Positions 1-13,340 of a stretch of 64,000 nt of DNA are shown here, piece by piece. Origin of the DNA: Vicugna vicugna (Eukaryota). The position numbers and the translations under genes are program-made. The notes under the pieces are model-generated. The model did no database searches. It saw nothing but the letters and a program-made list of their open reading frames with translations, and was not told the origin of the DNA. Location: contig MU057744.1 of the NCBI GenBank assembly GCA_013265495.1, forward strand, positions 1,130,356 through 1,194,355. The letters are read 5' to 3'. The first letter of the stretch is position 1. Every line of letters begins with the position of its first letter.

Positions 1-373
1 TTTTTTTTTTTTTTTTGGAGGTTTTAAGGATCTGTAGCCAAAGTCACTCATTCAACATGCACCTACCCAGCTTTTATTGGGTACGGACGGCATCGCGGTG
101 GTTCAAACCGTGAGCCGTGAAGTCACATCACAGCCCGGGCTCGTGCACCCGCGCCAGCGCCTTTGGGCTCTGTGAACTCCAGCGAGTTCTCAGCTCTCTG
201 AGCTTGTTACCCCCACCCCCACCCCCCTTAAAAAATGGAGCAGGTTGAGAATTTGCTGGAATGAGCTGCTGGTTGCAGGGCCAGCCGTGCGGGAAATGCT
301 GGGTACCACCATCCTGGGGCTTGGGACCACCCTGTCGCTCCACTTTTAATTCCTGGAGGCTACGCACTGCATT

Positions 374-380
374 AAAAAAC

Positions 381-416
<36 letters not shown>

Positions 417-430
417 ACAAAAACAAAAAC
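374..430. repeat. (AAAAC/AAAAAC)n microsatellite
   Basis: Directly visible tandem run of AAAAC/AAAAAC units. Confidence 0.95.
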
Positions 431-454
431 CCTAATCCCGGTGAGACACAATCT

Positions 455-625
455 TCAGAATGAATTATACACTTCAGCTTAGAGATTCGATGAGTTTTAA
501 CCAAAGAGTAAGTAGGTATCATGTCCCCATTCAAGACAGAGTTTCCATCGTCCCCAAAAGTTCCCTCTCGCTCCTTGGCTGTGCTGCCCACCCCACTCCC
601 GGCCCCAGGTAACCATCCGTCTTCC
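455..625 (-). mobile_element. Ancient L1M (L1MB/ME-type) 3' end fragment
   Basis: tttccatcgtccccaaaagttccctc...ccccactcccggccccaggtaacca resembles the antisense of old L1M 3'UTRs. Confidence 0.6.
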
Positions 626-782
626 TGGCTTCACAACAGGCTGCTGTTACCGAACAGGGTCCCGTGTGGTTACACCACCAGCTGTTCCCAAAGCAGTGTG
701 ATGTGTGCTACAAACGCAGTGACCCTCCCTCTCCAAGAAGCTTCACGGGATGCAAGAGGGAGACGGTAGGTACCTTACTTAC

Positions 783-1000
783 CTTTTGCGGACGCACTCA
801 TTTCTCTTAGGAGGCGGAGCTGTTCCAGGTCGGGGTGTCAGTCTTTTTCCTCCGAGGTTGTTGGAAACACAGTTACAATTTGGGGGGCTCCCTTCTGTAC
901 TCCATGCAGGTCTTTTCCTTTTGTTAACACAATCCTTTGTTGTTCTTGTTTTGTTTTAATAGCATTTGAAACACCAAAAAAATCTTTTCAGTTATTCCCA
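783..1000 (-). other. Candidate alternative first exon of an unidentified minus-strand gene (coding start MSASAK, phase-1 donor); 5' limit uncertain
   Basis: Minus strand reads gagaaATGAGTGCGTCCGCAAAAG|GTAAGT: ATG at 801, consensus donor GT at 782-781, purine at -3. Upstream sequence is non-repetitive, with a GTTAAT (HNF1-like half site) near 1007. Confidence 0.45.
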
Positions 1001-1229
1001 CAGGTAGTTAATGATCTCCTTCTGCGTGTGCTGTTGACTGCCTTGCAGAGAATAACGTTTTTAAAGTTCAGTTGGTATCTATTTCATACTTACAAACAGA
1101 TCTCACAAACGAATTTTCTTTTTGTTCTTTACAAAAACAATCAACTTTGGAAGAAATGAAAGTAGTGAGAAATGAAAATCAGCCTATTTTATCCACAAGA
1201 CTTTTTTTGCTTTAAAAAGTCCTCAGGCT

Positions 1230-1350
1230 GGGGAGGGGATAGCCCAGTGGTAGACTGCGTGTGCCTAGCGTGCACAATGTCCTCGGTTCAATCCCTAGTC
1301 CCTCCATTAAATAAATAAAAACATAATTACCTCTACCCAACCCCTCCCCC
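1230..1350 (+). mobile_element. tRNA-derived SINE (camelid Vic-1 type)
   Basis: A box (tagcccagtgg), B box (ggttcaatcc), A-rich linker and taattacctc tail shared with the other copies in the window. Confidence 0.9.
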
Positions 1351-1669
1351 CATCCTCATATTTTTGAAAGCTTCATCAAAGTGAAAATAAACAGAAAAAT
1401 GCTACAGGTATTTGGTTCAACACTTTTTACGTCAGTTCCAAAAATACATGGTGCCATGCTGAATTTTACTCTGAAAGTAAACTAGGAAAGCAAGAACAAG
1501 CCTGCAATTCATAAATATAACATTTGTTTTTTAAAACCTTTGGTTTAAAAAATAGGCCATGATCTTGAATAGTATCTTTTTCTCCATTTTAAAAGAATTC
1601 TTTGGGTATATTCCCGATTGTTTCTGATTATCACCTCGTCAGTTTTTGTGATTATAGGCCTGTCTCCCA

Positions 1670-3018
1670 ACATACAGATGTGTGCATGTGTACATACCAG
1701 GCACATGAAGAGATGCTCAGTATCACTAATTATCAGAGAAATGCAAATCAAAACTATAATGAGATATCACCTCACACCAGTCAGAATGGCCATCATTAAG
1801 AAGTCTACAAATAATTGATGCTGGAGAGAATGCAGAGAAAAAGGAACCTCCTACACTGTCGGTGGGAATGTAGTTTGGTGCAGCCACTATAAAAAAACAG
1901 TATGGAGATTCCTTCAAAAACTAAAAATAGAGTTACCATATGATCCAGCAATCCTACTCCTAGACATATATCCAGAGGAAACTCTAATTTGAAAAAATAC
2001 ATGCACCCCAATGTTCATAGCAGCACTATTTACAACAGCCAAGACATGGAAACAACCTAAATGCCCACTGACAAATGACTGGATAAAGAAGTTATGGTAT
2101 ATTTATACAATGGAATACTACTTAGCCATAAAAAAGAATAAAATAATGCCATATACAGCAACATGGGTGGACCTGGAGATTGTCATGCTAAGTGAAGTAA
2201 GTCAGAAAGAGAAAGATAAATATCACATGATGTCACTTATATGTGGAATCCAAAAAAAAAATGACACAAATGAACTACTTACAACAAAGAAACAGACTCA
2301 GACATAGAAAACAAACTTATGGTTATCAAAGGGGAAAGGGGGGATAAATTAGGCGTTTGGGATTAACATAAACACAATACTATATATAAAATAGACTGGG
2401 GAGGGTACAGCCCAGTGGTGAAGCACATGCTTCGCATGCAGGAGGTTCTAGGTTCAATCTCCAGTACCTCCTCTAAAAATAAATAAATGAATAAACCTAA
2501 TACCTCCTCCCTCAAAAAAAAATTTTAACAGATTAAACAACAAGCATTGGGAACTATAGTCATTATCTCATAATAACTCTTAATGGAAAAGAATCTAAAA
2601 AAGAATAGGTTTATATATGTGTGTGTGTATAACTGAATCACTTTGCTGTACACCTGAAACATTGTAAATCCATTATACTCCAATTAAAAAGTGAAAAAAA
2701 TATGAGACAAATGAACTTATTTACAAAACAGAAAGACTCACAGAGACAGAAAACAAACTTATGGTTACCAAAGGAGAAGGGGAGAAGGGATAAATTAGGA
2801 GATTGGAATTAGCAGACACAAATTACTATATATAAAACAGATAAACCACAAGGTCCTACTGTGCAGCACAGGGAGCTATATTCAATACCTCGTAATAATC
2901 TACAATGAAAAAGAATATGTAGATATATATGTGTAAGACTGAGTCACTATGCTGTACACCAGAAACTGACACAACATTGTACATCAACTACACTTCAATT
3001 AACAACAACAACAAAAAA
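1670..3018 (+). mobile_element. 5'-truncated L1 (ORF2 C-terminus plus two tandem 3'UTR copies) with a nested SINE
   Basis: ORF2 peptides [19 protein letters not shown] and [22 protein letters not shown] gcctgtctccca at 1658-1669 and 3019-3030. Confidence 0.95.
2398..2525 (+). mobile_element. tRNA-derived SINE nested in L1 3'UTR
   Basis: gggagggtacagcccagtggt...ggttcaatct...cctaatacctcc interrupts the L1 3'UTR. Confidence 0.9.
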
Positions 3019-3459
3019 GCCTGTCTCCCAGTTTGGTTATTCAGCAAAGGACCAGAGCAAGCTTACTTTTGCAGTTGTTATTGAATTTAAAATATCAGTT
3101 ATGGATCATGCAGCTCTACAATTTTCCTGTCTAGTAATCCTCTTAATGCCTATTGCTATTCTACATTCATTAAATCCAAAGCTTTAGCAATAATGATACA
3201 TACCCCTCGATGCAACAGTGAACACTGTTTTCAGAGATGGTGTTTTAACCATACATTCTTTCATCTGATGGGAGGTGTCGTAGGACAGAGTGATGAGTTC
3301 TCCTCATTTCAATCACTGTTCGTGGCAAGGACTCTAACCCCCAAAAAGCAAATCTGTATGAGTGAACTGAATGAATGAATGCTTCTTTTCGAAGGATGTC
3401 CTCCCTCCCTCCCTCACCCCACCCCCTTGTAATCCAGAGTCCAGATACTTTGACTCACT

Positions 3460-3740
3460 CCATGTGTATGTTACACCAGGCGAGGCGGATGCTGCTGGAC
3501 AAGACAGGTGAGTTCTCTACCTGCGCGAAACTTACATTCCAGCAGGAAGAGACAGGGAAAAGGCAAACAGATAAATCAGAAAGCCAGCAGGTAACGTGAG
3601 GCGTGACCTGAGGACAATAAAACAAAGCCGTATGATGGGGTAATGGAGGCAGGGCATTTGAGTGGCTGGAGGTGGACTCTCTAAGGAGGGAACGTTGAAG
3701 ACCAGACCTGAATGGGAGGTCTCCATAAAGTGGAGATTAT
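3460..3740 (-). mobile_element. L2 fragment
   Basis: acaagacagg...cttacattccagcagg...agaccagacctgaatg resembles antisense L2 3' region. Confidence 0.55.
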
Positions 3741-4675
3741 CCCAGACGGGACTGACCTTGACCCTGACTCTTGTGCAGTCACAGCAGGGCTCCTTGCTGC
3801 CCATCAAATACACCACGCTTGCATTTCCCTCATGGCACTTACAACCACCCAAATGATCTGATTGGTCTGCGTACGTACTCATTTTTTGTACCCTTTCACC
3901 AGACTACTGTCTTCATAAAGGCTTCGTGTAGGATATCGGAGCCTGGGCAAAGGTACAGATGATCACCTGTCAGTCTGAATACACGAAAGTTATAAATCAA
4001 CCTAACACGTTGTTACCTAGGATATGTTATAACCTCCAACTTTGACAAGTAAACAATTGTGATGACAAAACAGAAATGTTTTCATGTGGCTGCAGGACAG
4101 CAAAATACAAAAGACGACAGCATTTAACCATTATTGCACCTGTCTGGGTACAATGTTGATTGGCTGATGATTTTGGATGTGTAATAAAGAGACAGAGAGC
4201 TAACACATTTCCTGTATATTTAGCCCATAAAACTTTGCCTTCATTTCAGCAAGAGTACCAATTATGTTGTTTAAGCCAGATGTCCACAAATTGTGTTCTA
4301 TTGACAAAAGATTAAAAAAATTAAATTGAATGACATTCAAAGTATACACAATTTGAATATATTTTCATAAAATGTAAATTATGTAAAAATCAATATAGTA
4401 TATTTATCTTTCACTGGTTTTTGATGTTTTCAAAAGAATTATCTAAAAGAAGGCAAAATGCAGAGGACAATGACAAGATTTTAATCAAACTTAAATCAAG
4501 CTAAAGGTTTTTATTTTTTGGTAAATATTACTACCTTATTTTAATAAAATATTTTCATAAAAATTGTTCACAAGTTTAGTATTCAATATCGATCTAGTTG
4601 CCAGTATGAAGAATCAGTATTACCCTTCATTCATGTTATATCTACCTATTTTCAAATTTAAGACCTGTATGAATT

Positions 4676-4834
4676 TTTTTAACATTTTTTATTGATTTAT
4701 AATCATTTTACAATGTTGTGTCAAATTCCAGTGTAGAGCACAATTTTTCAGTTATACGTGAACATATGTATATTCATTGTCACATTTTTTTCTCTGTGAG
4801 CTACCACAAGATCTTGTGTATATTTCCCTGTGCT
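4676..4834 (-). mobile_element. Young L1 3' tip
   Basis: T-run followed by tttattgatttataatcattttacaatgttgtgtcaaattcc; flanked by tatgaatt repeats (4668 and 4835). Confidence 0.9.
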
Positions 4835-5282
4835 ATGAATTGTTTAATGTTGCTAAAGGGTCCTCCATTACCCTATCCAGTTGCTGAGAATACGCAGGAC
4901 AGTATTTCATCCAGAACCATAAATCGGAAAACAAAAGGAAATGAGACATTACGTGTTTGCAACTACTTAGAAATAATACTTTACAACGCGAAAACCTAAT
5001 ATGTACATGCTGTCGGAAAGGAAGAATGTGTCTTTTCACCAATTTGTCTTTTCTCTTGCCTGAGCACTTCCGAACTCAAATCTTCCCTGTGCTGAGAAGC
5101 AGTGTCCAGGAGCCATGCAATCTGCAGACCTTCAGAACGTTCCAACAGGGCTGCCTTTGCTTTGAGGATACAGAGCATGAGAGCTGCTTCCCTGAAGCTT
5201 AAATACATAAATCAGAGACTGGAGTTTCAGAGTTATAGGATATGCTACAGCAGTGCTAAATAGCAGATTTTTCAGGGACAGG

Positions 5283-6545
5283 ATTTTATTTTATTTTTAA
5301 AATGTTTTTACTGAAGTATAGTTGATTTACATTGTTGCATTAAATTCAGGTGTACAGCACAGTGTTTCATATATACATACATATTCTTTTTCATATTGCT
5401 TTCCATTATAGTTTATTACAAGATATTGAATATTATTCCCTGTGCTGTACAGTAAGACCTTGTTGTTTATTTTACATATAGTACTTTGTATCTGCTAATC
5501 CTAAACTCTTAATTTATCCCTCCCCTACCCCTTTTCCGCTTTGATAAACATAAGTTTATTTTCTATGTCTGAGTCTGTTTCTTTTTTGTAAATAAGTTCA
5601 TTTGTATCATATTTTTAGATTCCACATCTAAGTGATATCATATGATATTTGACTTTCTCTCTCTGACTTACTTCACTTAGTGTAAAAATCTCTAGGTCCA
5701 TCATTGTTGCTGCAGATGGCATTATTTCATTCCTTTTTATGGCTGAGTAGTGTTCCATTGCATAAATATACCATGACTTCTTTATCCAGTCATCTGTCAG
5801 TGGACATTTAGGTTGTTTCCATGTCTTGGCTGTTGTAAATAGTGCTTCTATGAACACTGGGGTGCATGTATCTTTTCAAAGTCGAGTTTACTCCATACAT
5901 ATGCCCAGGAGTGGGATTGCTGGATCATATGGTAAGTCTATTTTTAGTTTTTTAAGGAACCTCTGTACTGTCCTCCATAGTGGCTGCGCCAATTTACATT
6001 CCCACCAACAGCGTAGGAAGGTTCCCTCTTCTCCACAGCCTCTCCAGCATTTATTTGTAAACTTTTGAATGATGGCCATTCTGACTGGCATGAGGTGATG
6101 TCTCATTGTGGTTTTGATTGGCCTTTCTCTAATAATTTCCCACATTGAGCATCTTTTCATGTGCCTATCGGCCATCTGGATGTCCTCTTTGGAGAAATGT
6201 CTGTTTAGGTTTTCTGCCCATTTTTTGATTGGGTTATCAATTTTTTTGTTATTGAGTTATATGAGTTGTTTGTTTATTTTGTAAATTAAGCCCTTGTTGG
6301 TCACATCATTTGCAAATATTTTTTCCCATTCTGCATGTTGTCTTTTCGTTTTGTTCATAGTTTCCTTTGCTGTGCAAAGGCGTCTTAAGTTTGATTAGGT
6401 CCCATTTGCTTATTATTACTTTTATTTCTATTGCCATGGGAGGCTGACCTAGGAGAACATTGCTACGATTTATGTCAGAGAATGATTTGCCCGTGTTCTC
6501 TTCTAGGAGTTTGACAGTGTCATGTCTTATATTTACGCCTTTAAG
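5283..6545 (-). mobile_element. 5'-truncated L1 (ORF2 C-terminus plus 3'UTR)
   Basis: Minus-strand ORFs 5615-5857 and 5888-6175 translate to L1 ORF2 C-terminal motifs. Confidence 0.95.
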
Positions 6546-7280
6546 GCTTCCACACTTTAAGACACATGTATTTCTTATGCATTTGTGTTACGCAAGGTGC
6601 TGACATTACCCTGGCCCCAGGGATTCCTAATGTTTATTGCTGAATCTCTGCTACCAAGTAAAGTGCCTGGGACATGACTGACAATATTTGTTAGCTGAAG
6701 ACACGAATGAGTGAATGTAAATGTGTGGAAGCACTATCTGTATCTCCTTCCTTTCAAGAAATGTGTATCAGAATAGAAGTGAGTCAGAGCAGCACCGTTA
6801 CAAGAATAACTTAGAATTATTCTAACTATGATAAAGGTAAATTATTCAGAAAATTCAGAATTTCACTATTAGCAGATTATTTGCATCATATGTTACAACT
6901 AATGGCATACTGTCTCTTCGAAAATATATCTCCTGATGAGAAAGGGAATCAGATGTACATAATTAGCAATGCAAATACAGCATGTGAAATCTACATGATA
7001 GTCAAGGGGCAACAAATACCAGGCTAGTTAAATGGCTGAGAATTTCATTTGTCCCTACCTGGTGTGTCCTAAACAAAGTCATCTACATTATTATGAGGTT
7101 AAGCACTTGTGGCCTTGCCACCAAAAATTACAATGATTTTTCTGGTTATTTTGCGACGCACCGGCAGGGAGCTGGGAGTTGAAAGCCCTGTTTTGGAAGT
7201 CAACGAGAGCCAGCGCCGGCTATGTCCCTGGGATCCAGCAGATGGCACCAGAGCCTTTTCATGATCGCAGAGAGCGGTCC

Positions 7281-7410
7281 GAGGTAGCTCAGCGGTACAG
7301 GATGTGACTAGCATGCACGAGGTCCTGGGTTCAATTCCCAGCACCGCCATCAAAAACAAACAAATAAGCCTCATTACCTCCCCCTGCAAAATAAAAAATA
7401 ATCATAAAAA
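7281..7410 (+). mobile_element. tRNA-derived SINE
   Basis: tagctcagcggt...gaggtcctgggttcaattcccag...cattacctcccc. Confidence 0.9.
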
Positions 7411-7852
7411 AGAACATTTCATCTGCAATTGTAGGAAAACAAACTGACAAAAATAAAGGTCAGGTTCCAATAGCAAAATACACACACACACACTGAAGTA
7501 CCCGAGAGAAAATGGAAATTCATAAGATCTTTGTGAAGAAACAATAAAAACCCTTAGAAAACTGAAACAAAAGATTTGAATGCATGGGGAAGATGAACAG
7601 GTATATTACGCTTCTGGATAGAAAGACAAATATTATATAAAATGCCTACATACCATCCCTAAGTTACTTTATATATTTAATTCGGTCTTGAGAAAAATCC
7701 CAGAATATTTTTTTTAATTTGGAAAAATGTTTTTTAAATGGACTATGAAAGAATAAGTATAACAGAATACATTTAAAAAATTCTCAGAGGAACATTTAAT
7801 TGAAAAATATAATGGGGAAGATCAGCATTATCAGATATTAAAGACACATGAC

Positions 7853-8143
7853 AAACATGGACACAGAAAACCAACTGGTTACCAAAGGGGAAGGGGTGGG
7901 GGAGGGATAAATCAGGAGCTTGGTGTTAGCAGATACACATTACTATACATCAAATAGATAATCAAGGACCTACTGTACAGCACAGGGAACTGTATTCAAT
8001 TTCTTATAATAACATGTAGTGGAAAAGAATCTGAAAAGAAAAAATATATATGTACGTATCTGAATAACTGAATCACTTTGCTGTACCCCTGAAACTAACA
8101 TTGTAAATCAACTACATTTCAATAAAAGTAAAATTTTAAAAAG
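7853..8143 (+). mobile_element. L1 3'UTR fragment inserted in older L1M sequence
   Basis: ggttaccaaaggggaagggg...cacagggaactgtattcaa...tgtaaatcaactacatttcaataaaa; acatga on both flanks. Confidence 0.9.
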
Positions 8144-8442
8144 TACATGATAAAGCAGCTGCAAGTAAGAGTACGGCTCTGGGGCAAAATAAGGCAAACA
8201 GATCCTTAGCACCAAAGCGCTAATCCGGAAACAGAGCTCCATACATGTGAGAAATTTTCCCTAACTGGTATTGGGGTAAGTTATTCTGGTGGAGTTAAAA
8301 AAAAAATCGAACTAGATATTCACTTCGATCCATATGCAAGAAGGGCTCCCAGATACCTAAAGAAATTATGGTTCTGAACAGATGGAGTAACAGGGGCCAC
8401 TTTATTCTTCCACTGGACAAAATACGTGAAACAATGGTTTTC

Positions 8443-8553
8443 TGTAAGTTCCTGTATGACTGAAGTATTGTGCTGTGCACCAGAAATTGACACAATATTG
8501 TAAACCGACTATACTTCAATAAAAATATATTTTAAAAAATACAATAAAATCAA
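8443..8553 (+). mobile_element. Very short L1 3' tip
   Basis: Perfect 16-bp TSD tgaaacaatggttttc at 8427-8442 and 8554-8569. Confidence 0.92.
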
Positions 8554-8569
8554 TGAAACAATGGTTTTC

Positions 8570-9760
8570 AAGACACTGTACATCAGGCAACTAAGCTACC
8601 AGTGATTCTAGAAAGACACGAAATTAATGAGGGGAGCCCCATGGGTTGCCCCAGTTTACTGCCTTGGGAGAGTCTCCCGGCCGGAGTCCAAGCAGAGCAT
8701 TCGCAGGCAGAGCACTGGAGTCTCCGAGCTGAGGAAACGGGGTCAAGAGTCCAGAGAGCACAAGGCAGCTGGAGTCTACAGGACAGAGTGCAGGAAAGCA
8801 CAGGGCTCTGGAGAATGCAGAGGGTCCCCTGGGCACTGGCCCGCGCTTGCTTGCGAGGGGACTGTCTCAAGTCGAGGAAAGAGCCAATCTGAGCGGGTTG
8901 GAGGGAACAGTATCGTAGCCACACAGGGCGGGGAACAGCGCCTGCTCTCCCAGTGAGAAGCAGCCTCACAGCTGCACAGAACTCACCTCCGACGTGGGGA
9001 CCCACCGGGCCCTGCGCCAGTCCCACCTGACATCTAACACGGAGGGTAAACTTGCCTCCAGGTAACCTGACCGCAGTCCAGAGCCAAACTCTGGGATGGC
9101 TGAAGGAATACTGAAATATCTAGCCTCCAATAAGGTAGATTTCACAATGTCTGACGTGCAATTAAAAAAAAATTAGGAGGCGTGCCCAAAGGGAAGAAAG
9201 TACAACGTAATAGAAGGAGAAACACCAGTGGAAACAGGCCCGTAACACAGGCGCTAGAATTTCAGACGAGGACAGCAAACAGTTGTCATACCTACATTCC
9301 ACATGTGCAGTAAGTTAAACGAGACATGGGATGTTAGAGAGAAAACAAAGATCTGCGTGAGCTGCTAGAGAAGAGAGCTGCGTGTGGGATGAGAGACACA
9401 CTGCACGGGGACAAGGGCAGAGTGGGTGTCACAGAAGAGAAGCTCACTGAGCTTGAAAGCTTGGCGATAAAAACTATTCAAAATGGAACACTCAGAGAAA
9501 AGAGAATGTTTAAAAAATGAACAAAGCACCAGTAAACTATGGGACAACTTCAGGTGGACTAATTTATGTGTACCTACAAAGGAAGGGGGCAGCAGAAAAA
9601 AGTATCTGACGAGATAATGGCTGGGCATTTTCCAAACTTGTTGAAACACGATGAATCCATAGATCCAGGAAGCTCAAGAAACACCCATACGGGAAACCAG
9701 AAGGAAGTGACACCAAGTCCCATCACAGTCAAATGCTGAAAAATAATGTAGCAACTTAAG
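8570..9760 (+). mobile_element. Ancient L1M 5'/ORF1 region
   Basis: aaaatgaacaaagcaccagtaaactatgggacaacttcagg and cattttccaaacttg...acagatccaggaagctcaa resemble L1M ORF1. Confidence 0.65.
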
Positions 9761-10331
9761 TAGGAGAAAACCCAGAAAGCGATGGGATCACATATGTATC
9801 AGTTTGGGAGACGGTGAGAGAGAGAGAGAGAGAGAGGACTTCCTAGAAGTTTCAGAAAACAATCGTTGAGGAAAAGGTCAAGCCGTAACATATATAAACT
9901 ACAGACTTAAGTATCTCCTGCTCAGTGAAACAACGTGTAGACAAACCAAGCCAACTTTAAGAGACAGAGTGAAAAAACAAATGTAAAAGACAAAAGGGTG
10001 TTGTATATGTGTACAGATGTAACACAAATCTCATAACAGTAATGAGAAAAAACATTAAGGTTTCAACAGATAAACCGCCGAAAACCATGACCAAACGATT
10101 CACACATGCAAAATCCAACTATTCAATTTACAGGAAAAGGTTGAACTCAATTAGAAGGCGAACAATGTAGAATAATGCACTTTATACCCACTAAACTAGC
10201 ATTTCTTTAAAAAAAAAATCAAGACTGTTTATTCTTAGAAAAAGCAGATTTTAATTTATAATTTCATGTATTACCAATGACACTAAAACGTAGTATCACC
10301 CTTTTGGAAGCAATTTAGAAATATGCATCAG

Positions 10332-11321
10332 AACAAGCAATTCTCCAGTGAAGACGCACAAATGACCAACAGGCACATGAAAAAATGCTCAGTATCACTA
10401 ATTACCAGAGAAATGCAAATCAAAACTACAGTGAGGTATCACCTCACACCAGTCAGAATGGCCATCATTCAAAAGTCCACAAATGACAAATGCTGGAGAG
10501 GCTGTGGAGAAAAAAACAACCCTCTTACACTGCTGGTGGGAATGTAGTTTGGGGCAGCCATTATGGAAAACAGTATCAAGATTCCTCAAAAAACTAAAAC
10601 TAGACTTACTATATGGTCCAGCAATCCCACTCCTGGGTATATATCCAGAGGGAACCTTAATTCAAAAAGACACCTGCACCCCAGTGTTCATAGCAACACT
10701 ACTTACAATAGCCAAGACATGGAAACAACCTAAATGTCCATCCACAGATGGCTGGATAAAGAGTTGTGGTATATTTATATAATGGAATACTACTCAGCTG
10801 TAAAAAATAAAATAAAATAATGCCATTTGCAGCAACATGGATGGACCTGGAGATTGTCATTCTAAGTGAAGGAAGCTAGAAAGAGGAAAAAAATACCATA
10901 TGATATCATTTATATGTGGAATCTGGAAAAAAAACCCCAAAAAACCTTATTTACAAAATAGAAACAGACTCACAGACATAGAAAACAAACTTATGGCTAC
11001 CGGGGGGAAGGAGGTGGGAAGGGATAAATTAGAAATTCGAGGTTTGCAGATACTAGCTAATATATATAAAATAGATAAACACCAAGGACTTAATGTATAG
11101 CACTGTATTCAATATCTTGTAGTAACTCACAGTGAAAAACAATATGAAAACGAATATAAGTATGTTCCTATATGACCGAAGCAGTGTGCTGTGCACCAGA
11201 AATTGACACAACATTGTAAACTGACTATACTACAATTTAAAAAAATTAAAACCTATCCAACATCCTAAACAAATACAGATAAAACTGCTACTGTAATGGT
11301 CTTAAATATAAAAAAAAAAAA
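10332..11321 (+). mobile_element. 5'-truncated L1 with short 3' transduction
   Basis: ORF2 C-terminal peptides and 3'UTR ending near 11250; TSD agaa(a/c)tatgcatcag at 10317-10331 and 11321-11335. Confidence 0.93.
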
Positions 11322-11742
11322 GAACTATGCATCAGGAACTCAAAATATGTTTGTACTCATTAATGTCCTAATTCCATTGCTGGAATTCTGTAACAATGCA
11401 ACATTCCACAGTCACAAACAGACTGCTGTCACTTTATTGTATGGGATGGTGGATTTCTAAAAATATAGTTATATATATTTAAATATACAGTTAATCTAAG
11501 AATATATTTTGAAATATAAACTTACAAAAAAACAGTAATTTGATAGTTTTAAGATCTTTTTCTCATTTATCTATGCATACCAACCACATTTATATGATGT
11601 AATTTTCCACTTTAAATCAGCCTCTAATACTTGGACCCCAATACATATAGTTAACCTTTTTCTTCATAAATATTCCATATAGCTTATTAGAGACAATATG
11701 TTAACAAGTATTTAAACTAAAATGCACTTTTTGGGTTATGCT

Positions 11743-12070
11743 GTTTTTTCCAGTTTTATTGAGAACTAACCGACCTACATCACTGTATACGTTCAAGGTG
11801 TACAGCATGGTGGTTTGATCTGTGGATGTCGTGAAATGATTATCACAGAAGGTTCAGCTAACATCTGTCTTCTCTTACAGATACAATAAAAAAGAAAAGA
11901 AAGAAGAAAGCAGAACAATTTTCTCCTTGTGATGAGAACTCTCAGGATTTGCTCTCACAACTCTCAGGATTTCCCACACATCATGCAGCAATGTCAGCGA
12001 TAGTCAGCACCTTGTACATCACATCCCCGGCACTTATGTATCTTGTAACCGGAAGTTTGTACCTTTTGAG
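11743..12070 (-). mobile_element. Older L1 (L1MA-like) 3'UTR
   Basis: ttttattgag...aaggtgtacagcatgg...gaagtttgtaccttttga; TSD ttgggttatgct at 11731 and 12071. Confidence 0.88.
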
Positions 12071-12819
12071 TTGGGTTATGCTTTTTTAAAGGCCTTTCTT
12101 TAACCTGGGAACAAACAGCATTCTTCGAAGAAGATATTCAGTTCTTGGAATCAGTCTTCTGTAACAGAAGGAGTAATGAAATTAATTCCCTGCATTCAAC
12201 ATGCTTCTAAAGACACTGGGAAATCTTCAGAGGACCTTTCTGTAAAAGTCATTATTCTTACAAAAGTTTTAAGCTGCAAGTGTAATTGCAGACATTGAAG
12301 AATGTAAGGCCCTCGATTAAAGGGTGACATATTTCCACATGGGCAGTTATTATTTTGGACTATCAGACAGAGAAAGAGGCAGTCCATTCCATTAAAAGCT
12401 CTAAAATTGGTCTGGTCAAAATTCTTTGAAAGTTTTACAGACTGGACGGATGGTGGTACGCCTTTAACAAATTATTTGGATGAACGCTAGCAAAGTGAGT
12501 TCTGCTTTACTTCACACGTGTTGTGAGTCTTGTGCTTTTGTTGAATGTCCATTCAAACGTTTCAAAGGACTGCAGAATGGCTGCTGTACAAGAAGTACAT
12601 CAAGGCTAGAAAAGTAACAGAATGAACTGTCTCTCACGCCCCCTTCTTCCAGTAATAAGGAGTCTGGGGATCACTGTGCCAGGACCTGATTCGTTGCTAG
12701 TTGGCAAAGTCTGTAAGTGTCGTTTAAAAAGCAATGCCTTGTTCTAACTCATGCCAAGATCAGCAGTAAAATGAGTCCCCAAGTCGCGTCAGATTTGCCC
12801 CCATATCTTTCAATTCAAG

Positions 12820-13340
12820 CCAATTCAGTGAATACTAACTGTGTCTTAACAGTATGCCTGGCACTTTGATGAGTAACGGAAAGGTGGCCAATCCACAGGG
12901 CCCATGTTTACCCAGAAAGAGGTTAGCAGAGTCCAGTGCAGAAGCAGCCAATTAAAGTAACCTCCGTCATCTAACAGGCCCCAGACTGGAGAGTGAGGAC
13001 ACCACGGGGTCAGCTTTCCCCGGGGAGTTCATCGTCCCAGAGAAGGTGGCGTTTGAGCTGCGTCTTGAAAGGCTGAATAGAAACAAACCAGGGGGTGACA
13101 TCCCGGGGACAGTCATTCCGGGCAGTGGGTCCACCTGTGAAAAGGCACGGAGATCCCGGAGACACGGAGGAGAGTGTCCGGGAACAGCCAGCCTGCCGGG
13201 ACTGGAGCGCGGGGTGCGCTGGAAGGACAAGGGCAAAGAAGGAGCTGGGAGTGGGTAACAGAGGTCAGGCATGGAGGGTGTTCTGAGCCAGATCTTCTCC
13301 CGGAAGGCAGGGACGTTGTGGGTCAGGGCACAGGAGCAGA
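12820..13340 (-). mobile_element. L2 fragment
   Basis: tatgcctggcact...gaaggtggcgtttgagctgcgtcttgaaagg...cattccgggcagtggg matches antisense L2 pattern. Confidence 0.65.
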
